The notes below the pieces were generated by a model. That model searched no databases and was not told where the DNA came from. It saw only the letters and a program-made list of their open reading frames with translations. Below are positions 35,919-46,677 of a stretch of DNA of 64,000 nucleotides, piece by piece (the stretch's first letter is position 1; every line of letters begins with the position of its first letter). Source of the stretch: Candidatus Kaiserbacteria bacterium (GTDB lineage Bacteria; Patescibacteriota; Minisyncoccia; Phycocordibacterales; Phycocordibacteraceae); assembly GCA_963699165.1 (NCBI GenBank), contig OY969413.1:276562-340561 (forward strand). Direction: 5' to 3'. Both the position numbers and the translations under genes were made by a program.

Positions 35919-36384
35919 CTATTTGCTGCTGACGCTCAGACGGCCACCTCGGCTTCTCAAGAGCATTTCTTTGCTCACGGGGGCCGTCCAAACACTGTAG
36001 CCATCGTAAACTTTGGCCACAAGCACGTCTACGGGATGCGTCGGATCAAACTCCTCAATCGAGAACCCGAACGGCTCGACGCATCCCCCATAGATCCGGG
36101 CGAAGTCTACCGCAGCGCGGTACTCGCTTGCGCTTGGTTCGTATGACGCGAGAAACACGTGCCCGCGAAAATAGGCGGCAAGCGACACTCCCTCTGAAGC
36201 TCCGAACCTCCTGCCATGATTCTACTCGACTGTAGAAGCATTTTTCGCGGTTCTGCGCCGCGGAAGCAGCGAGCGGTACGATCGACAGAACCATGATGAA
36301 CATGAGGGTTACGACTGGACGAATGAGACACATTTTTTTCTCCGCAGTTAGCGAGGTGCTCTTCCTGGTGTCGATTTGCGGCAA
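35919..36384 (-). pseudogene. Frameshifted paralogue of the adjacent lipoprotein gene. A signal-peptide ORF (MCLIRPVVTLMFIMVLSIVPLAASA) in one frame is followed by a C-terminal domain (ASYEPSASEYRAAVDFARIYGGCVEPFGFSIEE) in another frame.
   Basis: The 89-aa ORF at 35919..36188 has no ATG and aligns to the C-terminal domain of the 35130..35783 product (shared GGCVE.F..SI motif). An upstream 109-aa ORF in a different frame supplies a signal peptide. Confidence 0.5.
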
Positions 36385-36435
36385 AGGAATCTACTTAGAT
36401 TGTAGCATTTCAGGATTCGTCTGTCAAGCGCTCAC

Positions 36436-37367
36436 TGTACGTTAGTATCGGGTTGTTGACACTTTTCGCGTCGACGAGTTCATTGAAAGCGCAAAAGGCG
36501 CGGTACGATTTTGGTGTTCAGACCATTTAATCGTTAGCGCCTCTTGCATGCACAAGAATACCAAATTGTTGCCGTACCAACGGCGTGAGATGTTCCGCAG
36601 GTGGGGTATGGGAGCTCAAGCGACCCATTTGGCCCGAGAATACAAAGTCTCCCGAGAAACCGTATACGAGACACTTAAAGATGCCCGACTGAACGTCTTC
36701 GAGAATCGTTCCTCGATGAATCACCGATATCGCACCATCCTGTACGGGTTCCAAAAGCTTGCTCGCACCGAAAAGCGCGTGGGAGAGAAGCTCGCCCGCA
36801 AAGCCCATCGATTGAACCGATACGAGAAATCGATACCGGGTGAAATGCTGCATCTCGATACCAAGCGCCTGCCGCTCCTGCGAGGAGAAGCCGCCGCGCA
36901 ACCGAGAGAATACCTATTTGTCGCCATTGACGACTACTCTCGTACCGCCTTTGCCGATATCTTCCCCGACAAGACCGCATACTCGGCCGCCATGTTCCTC
37001 GCCGAGAGCAAGCGAGTATTGCCGTTCCCCGTGACCGGCATCTATTCCGACAACGGGAGCGAGTACCGGGGACGACCGGATCATCCGGTGGCGGCACTCT
37101 GCAGGGAAACGGGCATGAGCCAAGCGTTCACGAAAGTGAAGCATCCCTGGACCAATGGAAAAGCGGAGCGATTCATCAAAACCCTCATGACCGAATGGCA
37201 CGGGAAGACACGTTCCAATCACATCTCTCGAGCCCATCGCCGACGCTATTTGTATGCGTTTGTGGACTGGTACAACCAGACCCGCATTCACCAATCGCTC
37301 GGAACAACTCCATTCGGAAGACTCGAGGCGTACCTAGAAAGTGTCAACAACGCGTTGACTTAGTACA
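36436..37367. mobile_element. IS481-family insertion sequence, copy 2 (about 932 bp). It is flanked by an 8-bp target duplication GCGCTCAC and inserted exactly at the atpC stop codon.
   Basis: Near-identical to copy 1 (two SNPs). The flanking GCGCTCAC on both sides includes the atpC TGA on the complementary strand. Confidence 0.85.
36548..37363 (+). CDS. IS481-family DDE transposase (identical protein to copy 1).
   Basis: The 271-aa translation is identical to the 13055..13870 product. Confidence 0.9.
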   Translation: MHKNTKLLPYQRREMFRRWGMGAQATHLAREYKVSRETVYETLKDARLNVFENRSSMNHRYRTILYGFQKLARTEKRVGEKLARKAHRLNRYEKSIPGEMLHLDTKRLPLLRGEAAAQPREYLFVAIDDYSRTAFADIFPDKTAYSAAMFLAESKRVLPFPVTGIYSDNGSEYRGRPDHPVAALCRETGMSQAFTKVKHPWTNGKAERFIKTLMTEWHGKTRSNHISRAHRRRYLYAFVDWYNQTRIHQSLGTTPFGRLEAYLESVNNALT

Positions 37368-37371
37368 GCGC

Positions 37372-37620
37372 TCACAACAAAATCGTTGCCTGATTATGCG
37401 AGACCTCGGCTACGCCCCCTTCCGCAATCGGAAAATGCAATGTTTTTTCATCCGTAGTTTTTATGTGCAAGTCGCCCGTTTTCAGTTCGGATACAAACGC
37501 CTCATGTCCTGCAAGAAGCTGGAAGACGCCTTCGGTTCCGGGCAGGGTCGCCGAAATCACATCGCCTTCAAAAAGGTTTTCTCCGATTTTCGAGACGGTG
37601 AGATGAAAGCTTCTTGCCAT
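37372..37620 (-). CDS. atpC: F0F1 ATP synthase subunit epsilon, short form (82 aa). Only the N-terminal beta-sandwich domain is present.
   Basis: MARSFHLTVSKIGENLFEGDVISATLPGTEGVFQLLAGHEAFVSEL... It sits at the end of the atp operon. The stop codon lies inside the IS target duplication, so the truncation predates the insertion. Confidence 0.8.
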   Translation of the reverse strand: MARSFHLTVSKIGENLFEGDVISATLPGTEGVFQLLAGHEAFVSELKTGDLHIKTTDEKTLHFPIAEGGVAEVSHNQATILL

Positions 37621-37627
37621 ACGTATG

Positions 37628-39133
<1,506 letters not shown>

Positions 39134-39157
39134 CTAACGGGGTTCATAATAAATAAT

Positions 39158-40066
39158 TTAAGCTGCTAATGCTTCGCGGCCTCCGACGATTTCCGAGACC
39201 TCGCGCGTGATGCCTGCCTGACGAATCTTATTGAAGAGACGCGTGAGGTCATGCGTGACTTCTTCCGATTTATCCGAGGCGTTCTTCATCGCCACCATAC
39301 GCGCCGAGTGCTCGGACGCTTTGGCCTCAAGCAGCATATGGTAGAGCGAGACGGCAATAAGGCGGGGAATGAGCACATCGAGCACTTCCGCCTCCGACGG
39401 CTCAATTTCGTATGCCGCCGGCGCTTCAAGCGGCGCCGCATGGCTCCACTTCCCTTTTGCGGGAACGATTCCATCGACGATGTCGCGAATCGCCGGGAGC
39501 GAAAGCGGCAGAATGCGGCGCATAGTCGGAATTTGCTCGAATGTCGATTTGAAATTGCTATATACGGTAATAACTTTGTCGTACTCGCCGCGCACAAATG
39601 CGTCCGAAATATCGCCCGCGAGCTTCTGCATTTCGGAAAGAGGCACTGTGTCGCCCTTGTTTTCAAACGCTTCTGCAATGCGGTAGCCGCGGCGGCGGAA
39701 AAATTCCTCTCCCTTTTTCCCATACGCGTAAATCGTCACATCTTCTACAGCGCGATTTTCAAGCGCTTCCGTTGCGCGCTTCAAAACACCGGCATTCAAA
39801 CCTCCCGCAAGGCCCTTGTCGCTCGTGATGAGCACGACGGCTATTTTCTTGCCGTCGCTGTGCCGTGCGAGCGGATGGCGCTTCACGCCTTCCGTTCCTG
39901 CAAGACGCGTGAGGATAGAAAGTGCGGCGCGCGCATACGGCCGCCCCGCAAGCGCGGCGCTTTGCGTTTTGCGCATTTTCACCGCCGACACGGCTTCCAT
40001 GGCGCGCGTCACTTTGTGCGTTCGCTCCGTGGCTTTGATTTTCGTTTTAATGTCTTTAAGAGCCAT
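39158..40066 (-). CDS. atpG: F0F1 ATP synthase subunit gamma.
   Basis: MALKDIKTKIKATERTHKVTRAMEAVSAVKMRK N-terminus and a conserved C-terminal helix. It lies between atpA and atpD. Confidence 0.9.
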   Translation of the reverse strand: MALKDIKTKIKATERTHKVTRAMEAVSAVKMRKTQSAALAGRPYARAALSILTRLAGTEGVKRHPLARHSDGKKIAVVLITSDKGLAGGLNAGVLKRATEALENRAVEDVTIYAYGKKGEEFFRRRGYRIAEAFENKGDTVPLSEMQKLAGDISDAFVRGEYDKVITVYSNFKSTFEQIPTMRRILPLSLPAIRDIVDGIVPAKGKWSHAAPLEAPAAYEIEPSEAEVLDVLIPRLIAVSLYHMLLEAKASEHSARMVAMKNASDKSEEVTHDLTRLFNKIRQAGITREVSEIVGGREALAA

Positions 40067-40068
40067 AT

Positions 40069-40554
40069 TTAAATTTTGCTTCCTAGATTCGCATACGATA
40101 GTTTGTCATATTCGTGCGTATCGTAGGCGGTAATGCCTTCGTCATGCCAAAGTACGAACTCGCCAATGCCGACGTCAAGCGCCATGCGGCTGCACACGGT
40201 GCAGTATGGTTTACCCACCTTTGCGATATTGCCGCCGGCATCCACGCGCGCAAAATACAGCGTTGATTTGGCCAGTTGTGTCGGGTTTGATTTGAGTGCA
40301 TCAATGATGGCTCGCCACTCCGCATGCATGCAGCAGGTTCTATCCGATTTCGGTTTGAATTCAAAGGAATGCACGGCAGTGCAGGTACGATTTTCCTCCA
40401 CATCAAGCGGCGGTGCGTTATACCCGCGCCCGATGACGGCACCGTCCTTAACTATGACACTGCCGCATTTCGCGCGATGGCACAGGGATTTCTTTGCGGA
40501 GTTTGCCGCTTCATTCATCCACTTCTCTCCCTCCGTTTGATCCACCAATCGCAT
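40069..40554 (-). CDS. Cytidine/deoxycytidylate deaminase family zinc-binding protein (dCMP deaminase/ComEB-like), embedded in the ATP synthase operon.
   Basis: CMHAEWRAI (the H-A-E zinc-binding motif) and PYCTVCSRM (PCxxC). The gene lies 2 nt after the atpA stop and 2 nt before the atpG start. Confidence 0.65.
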   Translation of the reverse strand: MRLVDQTEGEKWMNEAANSAKKSLCHRAKCGSVIVKDGAVIGRGYNAPPLDVEENRTCTAVHSFEFKPKSDRTCCMHAEWRAIIDALKSNPTQLAKSTLYFARVDAGGNIAKVGKPYCTVCSRMALDVGIGEFVLWHDEGITAYDTHEYDKLSYANLGSKI

Positions 40555-40556
40555 AC

Positions 40557-42128
40557 TTACTTAGAGCGCGCGACAAATGCATCAAGCTTCTCGCGAAGCG
40601 TGCGCTCGGATTCTTCGCGGATTTCTTTTGATTCGCGAATCGCGATGAGTACGCCACCGGCTTCGCGCGTAAGGTATTCCTGCAATTTCTTTTCAGCCGC
40701 ACCAACTTTTTCCGGCGGGAACGAATCCAAGTAGCCGTTTGTCGCGGCAAAGATAATTGCGGCTTCCATTTCAAACGGAAGCGGCACGCCGCGCCCCTGA
40801 TTCAGGATTTCCGTCATGCGGCGGCCCGCATCAATGCGCTTCTTCGTATCTGCGTCGAGATCGGAAGAGAATTGCATGAATGCTTCGAGTTCCCGGAATT
40901 GTGCAAGTTCGAGCTTGATTTTGCCGGCAACTTTCTTCATGGCTTTCGTTTGTGCCGCGCTTCCGACGCGCGACACGGAGATGCCTACGTTGATGGCCGG
41001 ACGCTGTCCCTTGTTGAACAGGTCTGCTTCAAGATAAATCTGTCCGTCGGTAATCGAGATGACGTTCGTAGGAATGTATGCCGAGACGTCGCCCTCCTGC
41101 GTTTCAATTATCGGAAGCGCCGTGAGCGAACCGCCGCCCTTCTCCTTTGAGAGTTTTGCGGCGCGCTCGAGCAAACGCGAGTGCAAGTAGAAAATGTCTC
41201 CCGGATACGCCTCGCGGCCCGGCGGACGGCGAAGAAGGAGCGACATTTGGCGATATGCGACTGCCTGTTTTGAAAGGTCGTCGTACACCACGAGCGCATC
41301 TTTGCCCTGTTCCATGAAATGCTCGCCGATAGCGGCACCGGCAAACGGCGCAAGGAATTGGAGAGCGGCCGGAGCAGACGCAGGAGCCGTTACGATAATC
41401 GAGTACTCCATCGCGCCGCGCTCTTCGAGTTCGGCGACGAGTTTTGCAGTTTTTGATTCCTTCTGGCCGATGGCGACGTAGATGCAAATGGGTCGAGTCG
41501 CCGCAGGCTCGTTCTTTTGGTTGATGATGGTGTCGATGGCAATGCTGGTCTTGCCGGTGCCGCGGTCGCCGATGATAAGCTCGCGCTGTCCCCGGCCAAT
41601 CGGAATCATGGCGTCCACCGCCTTCACTCCCGTGTGGAGCGGCACGTTCACGCCCGCGCGATCGATAACGCCGTACGCTTCGCGCTCGATTGGCCGCATA
41701 TGCTTTGCGCCCGTCGGGCCTTTCCCGTCGACCGGTTCTCCAAGCGGATTCACAACACGGCCCACAAGCGAGTCGCCGACGGCAATCGAAAGCAGTCGAC
41801 CCAGTTTCTTTCCGTCTTCTGACGGCAACCGGCGCACAAGCATGCCTTCATACACTTTTGAAGCATCACCGAGAATCACTGCGCGCACGCCATCCTCTTC
41901 GAGGTTGAGCACGAGTCCGTAAATCGGCTGCGGGTCTTTGAGCGCTTCGGAGAGCGAACGGTCGAAGGTGCCGTCGAACAGCACCATTTCAGACATGGCG
42001 GCTTTCGTGAGTCCTCCGATTTCCGCAATGCCGTCGCCGGTTGCACGGACGATACCCGTCTCTTCTTGGCCGACTTCCGGCGTCCACGAAGCGATTTCTT
42101 TTTCAATTCGTTCAATAATGCTTTGCAT
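40557..42128 (-). CDS. atpA: F0F1 ATP synthase subunit alpha.
   Basis: Walker A GDRGTGKT and the motifs [29 protein letters not shown]. The start is taken at [12 protein letters not shown]; the track extension to 42167 overlaps atpH. Confidence 0.95.
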   Translation of the reverse strand: MQSIIERIEKEIASWTPEVGQEETGIVRATGDGIAEIGGLTKAAMSEMVLFDGTFDRSLSEALKDPQPIYGLVLNLEEDGVRAVILGDASKVYEGMLVRRLPSEDGKKLGRLLSIAVGDSLVGRVVNPLGEPVDGKGPTGAKHMRPIEREAYGVIDRAGVNVPLHTGVKAVDAMIPIGRGQRELIIGDRGTGKTSIAIDTIINQKNEPAATRPICIYVAIGQKESKTAKLVAELEERGAMEYSIIVTAPASAPAALQFLAPFAGAAIGEHFMEQGKDALVVYDDLSKQAVAYRQMSLLLRRPPGREAYPGDIFYLHSRLLERAAKLSKEKGGGSLTALPIIETQEGDVSAYIPTNVISITDGQIYLEADLFNKGQRPAINVGISVSRVGSAAQTKAMKKVAGKIKLELAQFRELEAFMQFSSDLDADTKKRIDAGRRMTEILNQGRGVPLPFEMEAAIIFAATNGYLDSFPPEKVGAAEKKLQEYLTREAGGVLIAIRESKEIREESERTLREKLDAFVARSK

Positions 42129-42129
42129 A

Positions 42130-42501
42130 TTAGGCAGTGATGTTCTGGTACATGTGTATGAGCGCACGCTTTGCGGAACGATCGACGAGCACGCCGTCTT
42201 TCTGCGCGCGCCAACCGTGGATAAGATCGGGGTTTACGCGCGCATGGCGCGCGGAGATGCCGGACTCCGCAGCGGCACGAAGCGCCGCTGCGGCTTCTTT
42301 CTCGCGCGCAACTTCCACCACCGGCTGGAGCGCCTCGCGCCGTGCGGCTATTTTGCGGAGTTCGCGGGCAATTTGAGGAAGCATTTTCATCCGACCCATG
42401 CTTTTCAAGTGCACGATGAGTTTCGTGACAGCAGCGTCTGAGGCCGCCTTGTCTTCAAGTTCGGCGGCGACTTCGAGCAGGCGCGTGTAATCGTCAATCA
42501 T
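42130..42501 (-). CDS. atpH: F0F1 ATP synthase subunit delta (OSCP), 123 aa.
   Basis: It lies between atpF and atpA and has an OSCP-like helical sequence. The start is taken at [11 protein letters not shown]; the 188-aa track ORF is an artefactual N-terminal extension that overlaps atpF. Confidence 0.75.
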   Translation of the reverse strand: MIDDYTRLLEVAAELEDKAASDAAVTKLIVHLKSMGRMKMLPQIARELRKIAARREALQPVVEVAREKEAAAALRAAAESGISARHARVNPDLIHGWRAQKDGVLVDRSAKRALIHMYQNITA

Positions 42502-42943
42502 GGCGTTCTTTGAGCACTTTCTCCGCAGCAAGAATTGCGAGCCGCGCAACTTCTTTCTCGCTTTCGCGTTTTGCACGAGCGGCTGTCTCCGTCGCTTGCG
42601 CCTGCGCATCGGACGCGATGCGAGCCGCACGCTCTTCCGCCTCTTTGACAATTCGCGCACGCTCCTCTGTTCCGGCATGGCGGGCGTTTTCAACAATGCT
42701 GCCGGCTTCTTTGTCGGCTACGGTAAGACGCGCCGCCGCCTCGCCATCTGCCTGAGTAAGCTTCTTTGCCGCTTCTTCCGCATCGCTCACACCCTTTGCA
42801 ATCACCTGTTCGCGCTCCTTTACCATGTTCAGCACCGGTTTGTACAAGAGCCACGTGAGTGCGACCGCAAGCACGCCAAAGTTAATACTCTGCACGAGCA
42901 GAAGGTGCCAGTCGATGCCGAATGTGGAGAGAAGCGCGTCCAT
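42494..42943 (-). CDS. atpF: F0F1 ATP synthase subunit b.
   Basis: A single N-terminal TM helix followed by a long charged coiled-coil (EEAAKKLTQADGEAAARL...). Confidence 0.85.
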   Translation of the reverse strand: MDALLSTFGIDWHLLLVQSINFGVLAVALTWLLYKPVLNMVKEREQVIAKGVSDAEEAAKKLTQADGEAAARLTVADKEAGSIVENARHAGTEERARIVKEAEERAARIASDAQAQATETAARAKRESEKEVARLAILAAEKVLKERHD

Positions 42944-42946
42944 GAA

Positions 42947-43183
<237 letters not shown>

Positions 43184-43993
43184 TTATGTTGCTAAGCGCA
43201 CAGACTCACCCTCTCCCGACGTATGCACGGGCGCATGTTCCTCGTCCTCGTGCATCTCGACTGCGATTTTTGTAAAGAAGAGCGTCAACATTGCGAAAAT
43301 CGCCGCCTGAATGAATCCTACAAAAACCTCAAACCCGAGAAACGGCACCGGCAAAAGATATGGCACGAAAAGCATAATCACGAGCACCAGCACCTTCCCT
43401 GCGAAGATGTTGCCGAAAAGTCGGAACGAGAACGAGATGAGCCGAACGAGTTCGGAGATGAGCTCGATGATTCCCACCATAAACGCGAGCGGCGATGTAA
43501 ATGTAATAAATTTCCTCGCGTATTTCAAGACGCCGAGCGTGGTGATGCCGGCAATTTCAATCGCAAAAAAGACGATGAGCGCGAGCGCGAGCGTAAAATT
43601 GAGGTCGGTTGCGCCGGGATAAAAAAACGGAACGAGCTCGGAAACACCGTTCACCGTTTTTTCAATGCCGATTGACGACACAAACGGCATAAGTCCGAAC
43701 CAGTTGACGCACAACACAAACAAAAATACGGTCATGATGAGCGGATACACGCGCTCTGCGAGCGCGTCGTTCTCAAGCGTCTCGCGCACGAATGTGTACG
43801 GGAACGTCACCAGCAATTCGAGCACCGTCTGAAATTTCCCGGGCTTGAGCTTGAGTCCCCGGCCCGCAAAAAAAGCAAAAATGATGAGCAGAATTGAGAC
43901 GGTAAATACCGTGACGAGCGTATTGGGTACAGGTATGCCCGCGATATGAAATAGCGCCAAAGGCGCCAGATGGATTGATATCCCTCCTGACAT
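43184..43993 (-). CDS. atpB: F0F1 ATP synthase subunit a.
   Basis: A multi-TM protein with a conserved Arg region (SFSFRLFGNIFAGKVL). The start is taken at MSGGISIH; the track's 351-aa extension is not credible. Confidence 0.9.
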   Translation of the reverse strand: MSGGISIHLAPLALFHIAGIPVPNTLVTVFTVSILLIIFAFFAGRGLKLKPGKFQTVLELLVTFPYTFVRETLENDALAERVYPLIMTVFLFVLCVNWFGLMPFVSSIGIEKTVNGVSELVPFFYPGATDLNFTLALALIVFFAIEIAGITTLGVLKYARKFITFTSPLAFMVGIIELISELVRLISFSFRLFGNIFAGKVLVLVIMLFVPYLLPVPFLGFEVFVGFIQAAIFAMLTLFFTKIAVEMHEDEEHAPVHTSGEGESVRLAT

Positions 43994-44070
43994 GGACGTA
44001 TTGTAGCAAATGAATGGATAAAAAGGAAAACCGCGGCGCAAGCGCCGCGGCCTCAAGGCAGAATCCGAGC

Positions 44071-44520
44071 CTACACCGACAGAACTACACCAAGCACTGT
44101 TGAATTCGCCGATGCTCGAATTCGCTCTCCAAGATATTCGACCCGCGAGGGTTGAAGGAGTTTCCTCAAGAGAACGAATAGGTCTCGAGTTTTCTCGCTT
44201 GGTGGCTTGCGCGCGTCGCCGAGCCCGACTACGTAGCATGAGTGTATCGTGACCTCGATGCAGTGCGTATTTTCGGGCGATCCGTGAAGCGCAATGTGCG
44301 ATTCCTCGAGCATTTCAAGGAAGCTCGCACCGCCTCCGGGGAAAGACCTGAATTGATAGGGCGGATCACATGCCGGCGTAAACCCGGACTCGAGCACCGC
44401 TTGGTGAAGCAGTTTGCCGAGATGAGGGCACGAAAGTACGTCGGGATTGCAACCATAGAAATCCCAGGCGCTATCGACGCTGTGATCGTGACGGACAGAA
44501 CTAGTCATCGCGACCTCCAT
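44071..44520 (-). CDS. S-adenosylmethionine decarboxylase proenzyme-like protein (pyruvoyl-dependent, SpeH/SpeD class 1b-like).
   Basis: DFYGC near the N-terminus and LEESHIALHGSPEN, which resembles the self-processing ESH and Ser site of archaeal/bacterial AdoMetDC. The size (~140 aa) fits. Confidence 0.55.
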   Translation of the reverse strand: MEVAMTSSVRHDHSVDSAWDFYGCNPDVLSCPHLGKLLHQAVLESGFTPACDPPYQFRSFPGGGASFLEMLEESHIALHGSPENTHCIEVTIHSCYVVGLGDARKPPSEKTRDLFVLLRKLLQPSRVEYLGERIRASANSTVLGVVLSV

Positions 44521-44763
44521 CGCAGAAGTGCGCCCGAGGGCGCTGTGGAATAGTGTTTAACGAACTGGACCTTCGGAAGTATAGGTCTTATAAACAAATA
44601 TCGCAATACTTTCTTGACCATTAGGCAAAGTCCTGTGGATAAAAGATATATCGGACACGCCCTTTCGCTAACCACAGTGCGCCATAAGCGGCCAAGACAG
44701 CGAAGCGCTTATGATGTAGAATGCGCAGCGAGCACACTTAGCATTAAATAATCACATCATTCT

Positions 44764-45021
44764 ATGGTTAGAAAGGCCAATCCAGCTTTATTGAAACCTT
44801 ACACGCTATCGCCCGAACTTGAGGCGGTCGTCGGCAAGGGCCCCCTGCCTCGCGGACAGGTTGTGAAGAAGATTTGGGAATACATTAAGAAAAACGATCT
44901 TCAGAATCCGAAGAACAAGAGAAACATTTTTGCCGATGAAAAGCTGAAGGTCATTTTTGGCGGCAAGAGTGAAGTCACCATGTTTGAAATGACGAAACTC
45001 GTTTCGGCACACCTCTCGTAA
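44764..45021 (+). CDS. SWIB/MDM2 domain-containing protein.
   Basis: LSPELEAVVGKGPLPRGQVVKKIWEYIKKNDLQNPKNKRNIFADEKLKVIFGGKSEVTMFEMTKLVSAHL is a near-canonical SWIB domain. Confidence 0.85.
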   Translation: MVRKANPALLKPYTLSPELEAVVGKGPLPRGQVVKKIWEYIKKNDLQNPKNKRNIFADEKLKVIFGGKSEVTMFEMTKLVSAHLS

Positions 45022-45033
45022 GTTCAGTGGTAC

Positions 45034-45077
45034 AAAAATACAGCGGGCTCGCCGAAAGGCGAGCCCGCTGTATTTTT
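45034..45077. terminator. Bidirectional intrinsic terminator: a 14-bp GC-rich stem ACAGCGGGCTCGCC/gaaa/GGCGAGCCCGCTGT flanked by A5 and T5 runs, between the convergent SWIB gene and mscL.
   Basis: Perfect stem-loop with a GNRA-like loop and U-tracts on both strands. Confidence 0.85.
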
Positions 45078-45089
45078 GTTGAACAAATG

Positions 45090-45497
45090 TTATGCCTTTG
45101 GCTGCAACTGCGCGCAATGCGAGCATCGCTTTGCGTCAAGTGGAATCTCGCTCAGACATTCCGGGCATTTCTTTGTCGTCGGATCGGCGGGGGCTTCCTT
45201 GCGCGACTTTGCAATGAGAAAGTTCATCGGCTTAACCACGAAGAAAAACACCGCCGTTCCGATAAGCACGAAAGAAACAACGGCGTTTATGAAGCTTCCG
45301 TACATAAACTTGCTGCCGTTAATCGTAAACACCAAGCTGCTGAAATCCGGCTTGCCGAAAATGGCCGCGACGAGCGGCGTGATAAAGTCCGCGACGAGTC
45401 CGGTGACAACCGCGCCAAACGCGCCGCCGATTACGACGCCGACCGCCAAATCAACGACATTGCCGCGAAGCAGGAACTGTTTAAATTCTTGTAGCAT
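45090..45497 (-). CDS. mscL: Large-conductance mechanosensitive channel MscL.
   Basis: MLQEFKQFLLRGNVVDLAVGVVIGGAFGAVVTGLVADFITPL, the canonical MscL N-terminus. 135 aa. Confidence 0.95.
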   Translation of the reverse strand: MLQEFKQFLLRGNVVDLAVGVVIGGAFGAVVTGLVADFITPLVAAIFGKPDFSSLVFTINGSKFMYGSFINAVVSFVLIGTAVFFFVVKPMNFLIAKSRKEAPADPTTKKCPECLSEIPLDAKRCSHCAQLQPKA

Positions 45498-45549
45498 GGG
45501 TACGGAATATTATGGTATGGAATAAGTATAGTATTGCTCTCGGTTTCGT

Positions 45550-46593
45550 TCAACTTGCTGTACGCGTCCAGTACTTTTGGCAGTCCCCGACGGTTAATGT
45601 ACACACAATATACCGCAAGGGGGACACCATGCCGAGCGACTGGTGCGGGCGTTTGGTGTTGTACCAGATCAGCCAGTCGACAAGCTTCAGATTGAAGGAA
45701 TGAATATCGTCCCGCAGCAGGCCCCGATTCAGCATGATGAAGTCCTCGGAGACGGTGCGATTGAATCGTTCGACGTGGGCATTCATCTTGGGAGTGCGGG
45801 GGCGGGTGTGAAAGTGCGTGAGCCCGAGTTCGGCACAGGCATCCTCGAAGTGTTTGGCGAACTCGCTCCCGTTGTCGGTCTGCAACTCGTCGATATCGAA
45901 GGGGCAAACCTCGATGACTCGGCGAAGGAAGTCGTCCGCGCTTCTCGACGAGTGGTTCGTATACGCGCCCGCAAAGGCGAACTTCCGCTCCACATCCACT
46001 GCCGTGAGGACGTACCGCTTCACGCCGTCGATGAAGCGGACGACGGTATCGAGCTCCATGCCGCGCTTGCCGGTGCGGCGAAGCTTGGTACGGCGTTTCT
46101 GCGGTGTTTCCGTGTGATTGCCCGTACGTGCGTGGAACGAGAGCCGGCTCTGCTGCGGGAGCAGACCGCGGTTCTTCAAATCCAGAATGACCCGCCCAAC
46201 GTATGACTCCGACACGGAGTGCCCTTCTTCGCGCAGGAGAACGGCAAGCTTTGCTTTCCCAAGCCGGGGATGCGCCTGTCGTTCGCGGATGATGAAATCC
46301 TCGACCTCGGGCAGAACAGTCCTCCTTCGACGCGCCTTCGGCGCAGTGCTCTTCGGGTCAAGTGCATCAATGCGGCCCTCGTGGGCTTTGAGTTCCTCCT
46401 TCCAGCGATACAAGGTGCGCTCCGAGGTGCCAAAGGCGTCGTATGCGGCCTCCGTCCCGTGCATGTCCCAGAATCCCAATATCTTCACCCGTCTGTCGAC
46501 TTCCTTTGGTTTCCGCATATGCCGCAATCGTATCGTCCTTTCCCACATGCTCAACCAGCCCTTCGTACCCCTGAAATTGCTTCTGATGCGCAT
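45550..46593 (-). CDS. DDE transposase/integrase (rve core; IS481-like), 347 aa.
   Basis: Same protein as the 14754..15797 product except for H2R and the last residues, which read into the flank. Confidence 0.8.
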   Translation of the reverse strand: MRIRSNFRGTKGWLSMWERTIRLRHMRKPKEVDRRVKILGFWDMHGTEAAYDAFGTSERTLYRWKEELKAHEGRIDALDPKSTAPKARRRRTVLPEVEDFIIRERQAHPRLGKAKLAVLLREEGHSVSESYVGRVILDLKNRGLLPQQSRLSFHARTGNHTETPQKRRTKLRRTGKRGMELDTVVRFIDGVKRYVLTAVDVERKFAFAGAYTNHSSRSADDFLRRVIEVCPFDIDELQTDNGSEFAKHFEDACAELGLTHFHTRPRTPKMNAHVERFNRTVSEDFIMLNRGLLRDDIHSFNLKLVDWLIWYNTKRPHQSLGMVSPLRYIVCTLTVGDCQKYWTRTAS

Positions 46594-46638
46594 ATATCCT
46601 CGGTTATGAGGACTGCCAAATGTATCTGAACTTATGCA
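45559..46638. mobile_element. IS481-like (rve-type) insertion sequence, copy 2 (1080 bp), with a 5-bp target duplication CTTGC.
   Basis: Near-identical to 14763..15842 (one SNP, T to C near the transposase start, which gives His to Arg). Confidence 0.8.
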
Positions 46639-46677
46639 CTTGCCATTTTTTTGTTTGACGGCTTGTACCGCCAGTTA

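Noticed and set aside
42130-42696. A 188-aa atpH ORF with an Arg/Lys-rich N-terminal extension.
   Set aside because: The extension overlaps atpF on the same strand. The credible delta subunit starts at [11 protein letters not shown] (42501), giving a 123-aa OSCP-like protein.
43184-44239. A 351-aa atpB ORF.
   Set aside because: The N-terminal 82 residues are Arg/Ser-rich nonsense that would overlap the next gene's region. Subunit a begins at MSGGISIH (43993).
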